NCBI GenBank assembly: GCA_013335095.1
Contig: JAAXWF010000002.1
Span: 261 to 64,260 of the forward strand
Source: a candidate division WWE3 bacterium
Lineage (GTDB): Bacteria; Patescibacteriota; 4484-211; GCA-002791395
Direction: 5' to 3'
DNA length: 64,000 bases
Position numbers and translations under genes: made by a program. The notes beneath the pieces were generated by a model, which saw only the letters and a list, made by a program, of their open reading frames with translations, was not told where the DNA came from and made no database searches. Positions 49,634 through 57,559 of the stretch are shown here, one piece after another (within the stretch, counting starts at the first letter, position 1; each line of letters opens with the position of its first letter).

Positions 49634-49832
49634 ATGTTTGTCTTATAGTATAAAACAACATACTATATTTGCACCTAATACAAATCATCAGGGGGCAGAA
49701 TGGATATGGATTTATTCGATATTCACTTTGCCCTCTAATGAGAGCTGGGCATTTTGCCCATGGAAGCTCGATTTGGAGTGGTTTGTAAAGCCACACTGAT
49801 AGGAGGGGTTGAATACCCCAGGAGGTGTCCAG

Positions 49833-50846
49833 ATGGTTGACATTCTGCATCGCGAAGATACTCGCGAAGAGACTGTTCGTACACGTCGCGCACGCCCTGA
49901 GCAGTTGGGGGCGGTGATTCCGCCCAGTGTCGAGGGCCTAACGCCATGGAGGGAGGATCCCCGGTACGAATACCGGACCCCGGAGAACCTTCCGTGGCCG
50001 GCGGCATTCATCTGGGTAGTCAACACAGCGCCTCGCAGGCCTGGCGACAAGAACACCCAAATGAGCCGGCGTCAGGGGGAGATCCTCTGGGCCGCGCCGA
50101 TGTGGTCCGTCTCGATGCGTAAGACCATTCCGCCGACGGCGGAGAGGGCTCTGAGCATCGCCCGGCGCAAGAAGGGGCCGGAGATTCGGCCCGACCAGGT
50201 GAGTTTCGCCCTGGCGATCTACAAGAAGGGGCGTATTCGCCCCCATTCAGATCTCCTGGGGGAACCAGCGGGGAACTACTTCGAGCTGGTATTCACTCTG
50301 AATCCCCTCGAGATCGAGGCGATTCTGATGAATCCCGATAACGATGCTACGATGCTTCTGGAGAAGCTCGACGCTCAGGGATACCTGGGTGTTCCGGCTG
50401 ATCCGAGCCGAGCCGAGGAGATCAAGGACCGCGTGCTACAGCAGATGGTCACGTTGATCAAGGCAGCAGGTCGTACCGACCTGCTCGAAGTGAGCAACAC
50501 GGCAGACAGCAGCACTCCCAGCATCGGCGAGGGGGATCTGTTGATCACCGCCGCTGATATCGAGGCCGCACGTGGTTACGTGAAGGCAGCGCAGTTCGCA
50601 ATGCCGACACAGTCACAGGTTGCGACGACTCTGGCCCTGCTGGAGAAGAAGGGGCGTACCCTCGTCCCGACTGCCCTGCTGGCCGATCTGCCGGAGGAGC
50701 TGCTGACGAAGTACGGCCTCAAGCGGCCCGACTCAGTCAGTCCGGCTCCCGCCGCGGTCAAGCCTGCGGTTGCGCCCGCAGAGCCGCCGGCTCCCGCAAA
50801 GCAGCCGGCTTCGTCCGCCCTGGCCGCCCTGCTGGGCGGTAATTAA
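49833..50846 (+). CDS. Hypothetical protein with Pro/Ala-rich C-terminal tail (island gene A)
   Basis: GGAGG lies 7 nt upstream of the ATG at 49833 (MVDILHREDTREETVRTRRARPEQ...). The ORF-track TTG at 49809 is rejected. The C-terminus is PAPAAVKPAVAPAEPPAPAKQPASS. GC is about 60%. Confidence 0.5.
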   Translation: MVDILHREDTREETVRTRRARPEQLGAVIPPSVEGLTPWREDPRYEYRTPENLPWPAAFIWVVNTAPRRPGDKNTQMSRRQGEILWAAPMWSVSMRKTIPPTAERALSIARRKKGPEIRPDQVSFALAIYKKGRIRPHSDLLGEPAGNYFELVFTLNPLEIEAILMNPDNDATMLLEKLDAQGYLGVPADPSRAEEIKDRVLQQMVTLIKAAGRTDLLEVSNTADSSTPSIGEGDLLITAADIEAARGYVKAAQFAMPTQSQVATTLALLEKKGRTLVPTALLADLPEELLTKYGLKRPDSVSPAPAAVKPAVAPAEPPAPAKQPASSALAALLGGN

Positions 50847-50884
50847 GCAGGGGATTAGGTTCGTGTTCGTCCGTTAGCAACAGT

Positions 50885-50914
50885 CCAAAGGCCACCTTGA
50901 GTGGTGGCCTTTGG
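50885..50914. terminator. Stem-loop (12-bp perfect stem) after island gene A
   Basis: CCAAAGGCCACC-ttgagt-GGTGGCCTTTGG. No clear U-tract. A 290-bp AT-rich spacer follows. Confidence 0.45.
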
Positions 50915-51225
50915 ACCACTCAATTAAATTATTGACCTTGTCAGTCTTTATGATCCAGAATCGTAAAGAGTGATAAGGTCGACAGACCAAACAATCTATG
51001 TAGGGTCGGTGCGGCCATATACACAAAACCAAATTTAAGACAGTTTGGTTTTTTTCATAATTGGTGTATAAGAATTATGTAATAAAACGCACATTTACAA
51101 AGATAAATACCACACTCAGAGGGACTATTAATGACAAGTAATATGCTCATTCATTAATTGTTTTTAATAGCCCCTTTGGGTGAAGCCGTTTTACGGCTTG
51201 TGGAAGTCTTTATCGGGAGGTGTCT

Positions 51226-51597
51226 ATGACACGGGTTAACAGGTTGCGACTGGCCTCAACAGTCGCAGCAGCATTCATGGCCGCAACGCTGGCCTTGGTG
51301 CTGCTCGTTGGGAGCGGGTCGGAATACACCGCCCGCGTCGGATTCGTGGTTACCATTCTAACCATCGCGTTAGTGCCAACGGCGCTGACCGCGGTGGTCG
51401 CATGGGTGGTGCCGCCAGTGCGCGCGTCATGGCGCACCTGGTACGGCACAAGCTTCGGAGGAGCGATCCTTTCGTCGGTAGCCATGTCGTTTAAGGGGGA
51501 GCTCTATGCCCCGCAACGGCAGGTTATCGTCGAGCAGGTCGAGACTCCAGCTGAGCCCGCTGGTCCGGACCCAGGCTATACCGTCATCAGCTACTAA
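51226..51597 (+). CDS. Small 3-TM membrane protein (island gene B), directly upstream of the rho-like gene
   Basis: GGGAGG RBS, then ATG at 51226 (MTRVNRLRLASTVAAAFMAATLALVLLV...). Three hydrophobic helices and a Pro/Glu C-terminal tail. The stop is 12 nt before the rho-like start. Confidence 0.45.
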   Translation: MTRVNRLRLASTVAAAFMAATLALVLLVGSGSEYTARVGFVVTILTIALVPTALTAVVAWVVPPVRASWRTWYGTSFGGAILSSVAMSFKGELYAPQRQVIVEQVETPAEPAGPDPGYTVISY

Positions 51598-51609
51598 AGG
51601 GGGCTGACA

Positions 51610-53193
51610 ATGAGCCCCAATGACGGCCTCGGCCTTAAAACAGGACCAAAGATCCCCAAGGGACTCGAGATGGCGTACGTGGCCTGGAGCGAAGCATCGC
51701 CCCAGGTCATCACACGCAAACCCCTCGGCGAATGGCCTGCTCGGCCAGAAAGTGCTATTTGGTACGCGGTACAGCTGGTCGAGCACCCGCAGACCAAAGA
51801 TATGGTTAGAGTCGCAAACATACCAGCGGAGGTAATCCAACGGTATGGACTGCGACCAGGGGATGAGGTTTTCGTCAAGGTCTGTCGGGACCCGAGGCTG
51901 GCGGAGCAGGATCCAATCCTATCCATCGATCCAGCCAAAGGTAAAGTCATGGGTATTCCCAACACCCCAGTGATGGGTCACGCTCGGGCACGAGTTGACC
52001 GAGAGGTGCAGGAGTTCCCCTCAGGGTGGATTCCGACCTATCGGTCAGGCTTAATCGGGCGGGTACTCGATCTCATTGCGGCGATCTTCTACGGAAGCCG
52101 CATGAGCCTGTTCGCGCCTCCGAAGGTCGGTAAGACGACCTTTCTGACAGCGCTGGCCCAGGGCATCCTGCTCTGGATCATGTCGCTGCCGTGGGGCGAA
52201 CGTTCGAAGTACCGTATGGCCTTTTTAGGTGTCGATGAACGGCCCGAGGAAACTCGGTTCCCTTTCGTTGACACAGTCTTCCCGGCTCCGTACGATCGCT
52301 CGCCGCAGTTCAAGCTGAGGCTGGTGGAATTGTACGTAGAATGGGTGAAGCGGCAAATCGAGTCCGGAATTCACGTGATTTGCTTCGTGGATTCGTTGAC
52401 TCGGTTGGGCATGTTCTTTAACATGGTCGTCCAATCAACGGGTGGATCACTTTCGGGTGGTCTTTCCAAAGAGGCCTTCGACCAGGTTCGACGAGTGTAT
52501 GGCATGCACGGTCTCTATCCTCCTGAAAAAGGGATGGGATCGGCGACGTGCATCGCCACAGTACTCATCGAGACGGGGAATAAAGCCGATGACATCATTG
52601 CCGAACAGCTCAAAGGGGCAGGCAATACGGATGTCATGATGAGTCGCGGCCTTGCGACTCAGGAGCTCTACCCCGCCGTTGTTATGTACCAGGCTGGGGA
52701 TAACCGCGGGAAAAAAGAAGCGGAAAGCTCCACGCGCAGGATGCACGAAGAACTCGCGCCGTTCTTCGGCTATACGGCGGACGTGATGCGTCGAAAAATT
52801 GCGTACCTCCGCCGCTGGCTTGATCCGGAGGCAAAGATGGAGGAGCAGAACCGACGCATCGTCGCACTCGCCCGAGGGATCGAGGATCCCGGGCAGGTGT
52901 GGTCGGCAATTGACCCGGAAGACTTTGACGCATCAGCAGCCGAACTGGCTGGCATGTGCGTCGACGAAGACGGTCAATGGGACCGATCAGCACGGAACAC
53001 GGTCAAAATCGCGTTTAACGCGACGATCGCAGTTCTATTTGATCGGGATCCGACTTTACTCTTGGCGACATGCAAACAAACGCTGGCTAAATTGGCACAA
53101 GCTGAAAAGATCAGCCTAAATGATCTTAAGCAGATAGGCCGCCAGCTGATACAAGCAGCAGACGAATTGGCTGACGTCAAGGGCAAACGGTAA
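51610..53193 (+). CDS. rho: Transcription termination factor Rho homologue (divergent, with about 110-aa C-terminal extension)
   Basis: By-eye alignment with E. coli Rho shows the following matches. [34 protein letters not shown] against [34 protein letters not shown] (P-loop). GVDERPEE against LIDERPEE (catalytic Glu). [19 protein letters not shown] against VIILLDSITRLARAYNTVV (Walker B). GGSLSGGLS against SGKVLTGGV (Q-loop). [38 protein letters not shown] against [46 protein letters not shown] against SGTRKEEL (Arg finger). OB-fold segment [16 protein letters not shown] against IRRFNLRTGDTISGKI. GGGGG RBS. Confidence 0.8.
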   Translation: [527 protein letters not shown]

Positions 53194-53199
53194 GAAACA

Positions 53200-53240
53200 C
53201 CTGTCGCAGCAGCAAACGCTGCGACAGGTTACTATTTTAA
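53200..53240 (+). terminator. Intrinsic terminator after rho-like gene
   Basis: CCTGTCGCAGC-agcaaac-GCTGCGACAGG is an 11-bp perfect stem, followed by TTACTATTTT. Confidence 0.7.
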
Positions 53241-53314
53241 TATTGTGGATTTAAAAAATCTGTTTTCTAACGGATTCTTTTAGTTCATAATGTCGCACAT
53301 TAAGAATATTGACT

Positions 53315-53388
53315 CACATGGGTCGGTTGTCATCATCATCGTTGGTGGTTACAACTGACCCATGTGGGTTGCCCTGGTTTAACCAGGG
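53315..53388 (+). promoter_or_regulatory. Two stem-loops/palindrome immediately upstream of island gene D
   Basis: A long imperfect hairpin at 53315-53366 has 10-bp perfect outer arms, CACATGGGTC...GACCCATGTG. The perfect palindrome CCCTGGTTTAACCAGGG at 53372-53388 abuts the ORF-track start. A TTGACT -35-like hexamer lies at 53309. Confidence 0.4.
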
Positions 53389-53412
53389 ATGGAGTTCACA
53401 CCGGAGGGTCAT

Positions 53413-54693
53413 ATGACTCAGCGTTTCGGACTGTTCCGAGAGAGGGTGGGACCCGGCCTACGGATTGCTGGCTACGCAAGCCTGGCGATCCTGTGGATTG
53501 TCGGTCTGTTGGCCTGGATCAACGGCGCAGGAGGGGAGGGGCCGCTATTTGGCCTCATCGTCCTGCTCTGGCCCACCATCCTGATCGCCCAGCACGTATT
53601 TCTCCGGCCGAGTGTCGGGTCGTATGTGCGGGTTGCGATCTGGATAGGGATGATCATCGCGATGTACACCTACTGGCAGGACGGGGAGGAGATCCCCGGA
53701 TTGCTCATGGGCATCGTGATGGGGTGGCTACCGGCATTAGTCGGCCTTAAAACGATCTTCACGATCGTCGAAGACCGCTGGCCAGACACAACCGAGGCAG
53801 TCAGCGAAAAGATGACGAAGACCCGGACTTACTTCCAGACCACGTCTGGATGGGTCATGCCCGTCATCTTGCTCGTGATTCTCATCATCATCGGCCTAAT
53901 GGCGATCGGCGAGTGGTGGTACGGCCCCGCCGTACTAATCACTGTCTTCATGATGATGTGGTCGGCGAACTGGATCATCTCGCTGACCTGGGTACCCAAA
54001 CGGGGACGCGACGTCCGGCCGGGAGAGGTCTACTACTACGAACGGCCGTACTGGCCGGGGTGGTGGGACCTGTACAAACAGCGCTGCTTTCCGGCGATCT
54101 GGGGCTCAAGGGAAAAAGAGGGAATGCCGCTGCAAGGCGGAATCCTCGGAATCTCTAGGGCACTGGGCTGGATCGCGCTAAACACCGGATGGGGTATCAT
54201 CCCCTTCGGGGTGCTGTGGCTGATCTCAATGGTCATCCTGGTACCGCTGTCGGCAGTGATCCTGCTGTTGCTCCTTGTGGTCTATACCCGGATTCACCTC
54301 CGGGAAGTGCGGATGATCACGACGGACGACAATGTCACCGTCTATATCTGCCGCGCATCGATCCATTGGTTCTGGGGGGTGTCGACTGAAGTTGTCTCGG
54401 CGCCAGGCAAGGACCTGAACGCCAGCCACTTCATGTCTCACCAGGACGGTCTAGGGCGTTACTGCCACTACGATCCGTCCGCCCTCAGAATTGGCTCCAC
54501 GGCTGAGGATCCCATCGGTCACACGATGTGGATGCTCGATGTGGCTAGGGTTGGGGACACCCATGTGAATGGCCCTCTGTTCAAGTACAACTTGGACAGG
54601 CGGGCGGCGTGGGTTAAGACCCCGCCGAACAACAGAGTCGAGCAGACCGCGGTGTTCGCCGTCAGGGACCGAGACGACGTCTCGGCCAACTGA
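53413..54693 (+). CDS. Polytopic membrane protein (about 8 TM) with C-terminal soluble domain (island gene D)
   Basis: GGAGGG RBS, then ATG at 53413 (MTQRFGLFRERVGPGLRIAGYASLAILWIVGLLAWI...). Multiple Trp-rich TM helices. A C-terminal domain of about 130 aa contains CRASIHWFWG...HYDPSALRIGSTAEDPIGH. GC is about 60%. Confidence 0.55.
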   Translation: MTQRFGLFRERVGPGLRIAGYASLAILWIVGLLAWINGAGGEGPLFGLIVLLWPTILIAQHVFLRPSVGSYVRVAIWIGMIIAMYTYWQDGEEIPGLLMGIVMGWLPALVGLKTIFTIVEDRWPDTTEAVSEKMTKTRTYFQTTSGWVMPVILLVILIIIGLMAIGEWWYGPAVLITVFMMMWSANWIISLTWVPKRGRDVRPGEVYYYERPYWPGWWDLYKQRCFPAIWGSREKEGMPLQGGILGISRALGWIALNTGWGIIPFGVLWLISMVILVPLSAVILLLLLVVYTRIHLREVRMITTDDNVTVYICRASIHWFWGVSTEVVSAPGKDLNASHFMSHQDGLGRYCHYDPSALRIGSTAEDPIGHTMWMLDVARVGDTHVNGPLFKYNLDRRAAWVKTPPNNRVEQTAVFAVRDRDDVSAN

Positions 54694-54705
54694 CATATAT
54701 TGGAT

Positions 54706-54737
54706 GGGAGAGAGGCGACTCTCTCCCTTTTTTTTTA
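54706..54737 (+). terminator. Intrinsic terminator after island gene D
   Basis: GGGAGAGAG-gcga-CTCTCTCCC, followed by T10. Confidence 0.8.
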
Positions 54738-54752
54738 TCTAAGGAGGAGCCA

Positions 54753-56636
54753 GTGGACATTCGCCTGGCATATCTAGGAATCGCCCTGCTCGCCATGTTG
54801 TGTGCTTGTGGCGAAGACCCGAGGGTCCGCGATCAGCGGCTATTCGACGAGTGGTGCCAACAGCAAAAGGCGCCAGTCGTTAAGATCGAAGTTCGTGACA
54901 TGATGGAGCAGTCTGCTCAGCTGGTCACGACCGTTCCGGATGGATTAACAGGCACCGTGTCATTCGGACCTGTTAATACCGAGATTTGGGCGACCCCGCC
55001 GTTTTCTGTCACCGGGAGCTTTAGTCAGGTGATGAATCTGACAAACATTCCCGATGGACATTACTGGGCGTTCCTCGAGGTAACGAAGGAATACTTCGCC
55101 CCCGAAGGGAAGTTCCAGTACGATTGGGGCGCTTGCCGACAAACCGGAAGGGCGACCGCCGACCTAATCGTCGACCGGGCGCCGCCGAAGGCCGAAATAA
55201 CTGCCAAGCTGCTGGATCAAAGCAGCTTCGAGCTCGTTATTACGGCGTTTGATCTGTCGGGGATCAAGTCGATTGCCTTAACTGGCGTCGATTATCAGAT
55301 CGCACCGAATCAGTTGTTGGTGCTTGGACCGGTGACGTTCCCGATCTCATACACCAAGGTGTACGATCGAAACATCGTCATCACCATGACCGACAACAGA
55401 GGGCATAATTGGTCAGGCTTCGCCTTAGTGCCTCTCCAGCCTAATCGCTGGGAGTTACGGAGCGTAAGTCCCTGGCACCTGTGGGGATTCTCACGGGAGG
55501 AGGGTAACCTGATCGGTGTCGCGCCATACAGTAAGGAAGCTCCGACAATGCCCCTCTGGGGGTATGGCTGGGGACGTGAATGGCGACAGATCGATCAGAA
55601 CCGGGAAACTGGTAAGAGAGCTTCAACCAATCCAATCTACTATGTGGTAATTGGAGCTCTACTCGCGGTGCTGGTCTCGCTCGTGATCGTCCGAAGGTAT
55701 GCCCTTCATGTTCATAATCGGCTGGTCCGGATTAATGAGCAAAGGGAACCCTGGAGACAAAAAATGGGCGAAATGCGCGAGGCTATCGCTCAGCGCCAGT
55801 GGTCGAGTGCTCGGCAGCTCTACCATGAGCTGTTAGCTGATTGGCAGGTTATGGCGACCGAAGAGGACAATTCCTGGTTTGACCAGGTGCGTACTCAGAT
55901 GAGCCAGGGCCTGATCAACGACGACAAGCATGGCCAACGCGCGGCCAGGGCAATAATCCAGGGAGACTGGACCAATGCCTTTAGGGCAATTCAGGCAATG
56001 CCTGCAGATTGGGCTGGAAGGTTCAATCGCAACGACTTGCTTGAAGAGATCGCGTTAACCGCCTTACGAGATTCGTTATGGGCGGTTGCCTACCGAGCAA
56101 TGAACGCTTTGCCAGCAGAATGGACTCATGGAGAGTTCACCAGGCAGGCAGCGTTGGAGCGGATTGCCGGTCAATGGGCAGAGCAGAGAATCGTCGAGTG
56201 GCATTCGCGCTGCTACGACTTCGCCTCATTGGCGAAAGATGAGTCACCCGATGCGGTGCTCACCTTATTCTCGGCCTTGAGAGATAAACTGTCGTACTAC
56301 CACGTCCTGGGCTTCACCTCGGAAGAGGAAGCGAAGCCAGATGAGATCTCAATCACCGAGATCGGTAGACGATGGTCGCTGCTGATGGCCTTCTTCGCCC
56401 CCGAGCAAACACAGGACGGGGTGAACGAAGACCAGATAGCACGAGCGCGACTGTATTTTAACCTCGACCGAGAGGTGCCTGATTCAGTCGTGGCGGCAAT
56501 GATCCTAAGGGAGCCGTGGCCAACGATCGAGTTGGCTTATGCCCTCCTGAAAGATCAGGAACGAAAGTTGGAGTATGATGAGGTATTGATGCACGCCCGG
56601 ACACCACGGGCGGCAACCACGCAGGCGACTGCGTAA
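54753..56636 (+). CDS. Bitopic lipoprotein-like protein: extracytoplasmic beta-rich domain, one TM, cytoplasmic Trp-rich tandem helical repeats (island gene E)
   Basis: TAAGGAGG RBS, then a GTG start. The signal/lipobox-like N-terminus is MDIRLAYLGIALLAMLCACGED. A TM helix YYVVIGALLAVLVSLVIVRRY lies at about residue 290. The cytoplasmic region has an internal repeat, ...RAIQAMPADWAGRF... and ...RAMNALPAEWTHGEF.... Confidence 0.55.
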   Translation: MDIRLAYLGIALLAMLCACGEDPRVRDQRLFDEWCQQQKAPVVKIEVRDMMEQSAQLVTTVPDGLTGTVSFGPVNTEIWATPPFSVTGSFSQVMNLTNIPDGHYWAFLEVTKEYFAPEGKFQYDWGACRQTGRATADLIVDRAPPKAEITAKLLDQSSFELVITAFDLSGIKSIALTGVDYQIAPNQLLVLGPVTFPISYTKVYDRNIVITMTDNRGHNWSGFALVPLQPNRWELRSVSPWHLWGFSREEGNLIGVAPYSKEAPTMPLWGYGWGREWRQIDQNRETGKRASTNPIYYVVIGALLAVLVSLVIVRRYALHVHNRLVRINEQREPWRQKMGEMREAIAQRQWSSARQLYHELLADWQVMATEEDNSWFDQVRTQMSQGLINDDKHGQRAARAIIQGDWTNAFRAIQAMPADWAGRFNRNDLLEEIALTALRDSLWAVAYRAMNALPAEWTHGEFTRQAALERIAGQWAEQRIVEWHSRCYDFASLAKDESPDAVLTLFSALRDKLSYYHVLGFTSEEEAKPDEISITEIGRRWSLLMAFFAPEQTQDGVNEDQIARARLYFNLDREVPDSVVAAMILREPWPTIELAYALLKDQERKLEYDEVLMHARTPRAATTQATA

Positions 56637-56658
56637 AATACTAAGGTCATACATCAAA

Positions 56659-56688
56659 CCGGCCACTGGGAAACCAGTGGCCTTTTTT
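56659..56688 (+). terminator. Intrinsic terminator after island gene E
   Basis: GGCCACTGG-gaaa-CCAGTGGCC, followed by TTTTTT. Confidence 0.8.
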
Positions 56689-56814
56689 ATATAATTAACG
56701 TTTAAACGATGTCGTAAGATTGTAAGAATTTTTCGAGATCGCTTAAGACGCCGATCAACCACGCCCCTTAAATTTAGCCCTCGGGCCGGGCAGTCTAGCG
56801 CAAGGAGGTTGACC

Positions 56815-57453
56815 ATGATTGGTCAATCATTAACGCAGGCAAACGCAGTTCCACCTACGCCGCCGCGATGGAGGTGCCACCATGAATGGATGGCAACACT
56901 TGGACTCAAAACACCACCGGGATTATTTCAGCCGCATCCTGAAATTGCTGGACTGGTGTTTTTGCAGGTAATCAGACCTTATCGAGGGAGTTCAATTATC
57001 GAGTACATCGATATTGAAGAGTTCGCCGAATTAGGCGGACATATTCCATCAATGAGGCCAATCCATCAGTTGGGAGTATATCTCTCCCGGCTCTATCGAA
57101 TGGAGCGCCTCTTGGCACTCGAGCTAAGATCCATGGGAGTGGACGTGTACGTTCGCCCCGAAGGAGAAAGTTGGGCACAGTCTGATTTGGAGCAGATCGC
57201 ACATCAGGCGGCCGTGAACAACGGTATCATCGCCGTGTACCGCGACCAGCTCACCGCGACCTCAGCCGCGATCAATCATTTAACCCGGCTCCATGAAGTC
57301 GGTCAGTTGGCCCTGCTAAACAGCTGTCCCGGACAAAACGGCACAACCGATGCCTGTGGACAGGACATAATGGAACGCCGAATGGTTCATCCACCGGCGA
57401 TATTATGCACCGCCTGCCAGAGTCGACTGGATAGACCCCAGGTTCGCAGTTAA
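56815..57453 (+). CDS. Hypothetical soluble protein (island gene F)
   Basis: AGGAGG RBS, then ATG at 56815 (MIGQSLTQANAVPPTPPRWRCHHEW...). It has four Cys in a C...C and CTAC arrangement near its ends. GC is about 58%. Confidence 0.45.
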   Translation: MIGQSLTQANAVPPTPPRWRCHHEWMATLGLKTPPGLFQPHPEIAGLVFLQVIRPYRGSSIIEYIDIEEFAELGGHIPSMRPIHQLGVYLSRLYRMERLLALELRSMGVDVYVRPEGESWAQSDLEQIAHQAAVNNGIIAVYRDQLTATSAAINHLTRLHEVGQLALLNSCPGQNGTTDACGQDIMERRMVHPPAILCTACQSRLDRPQVRS

Positions 57454-57459
57454 CAAATC

Positions 57460-57503
57460 CGGGAAGGAGAGGATTATTTCCTCACCTTCCCGATATCTTT
57501 TCT
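57460..57503 (+). terminator. Intrinsic terminator at right edge of GC-rich island
   Basis: CGGGAAGGAGAGGA-tta-TTTCCTCACCTTCCCG has one mismatch in a 13-bp stem, and is followed by ATATCTTTTCTT. A TATAAT box at 57548 then precedes uvrB. Confidence 0.7.
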
Positions 57504-57559
57504 TCAAGTAGACAAATGTCAGCTTTAACTTGTCCTTTTTTTCGCGATATAATGCATAA

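Noticed and set aside
50930-51215. AT-rich 290-bp spacer inside the island with the AAACCAAA...TTTGGTTTTTTT hairpin. Considered as a possible sRNA or miniature mobile element.
   Set aside because: There are no terminal inverted repeats or target duplications. It is more simply explained as terminator plus promoter spacer for the island gene B and rho-like transcription unit. Kept only as context.
55900-56400. J-domain-like segment in island gene E (YYHVLGFTSEEEAKPDEI).
   Set aside because: It resembles the start of a DnaJ J-domain, but the obligatory HPD tripeptide is absent. Too weak to call.
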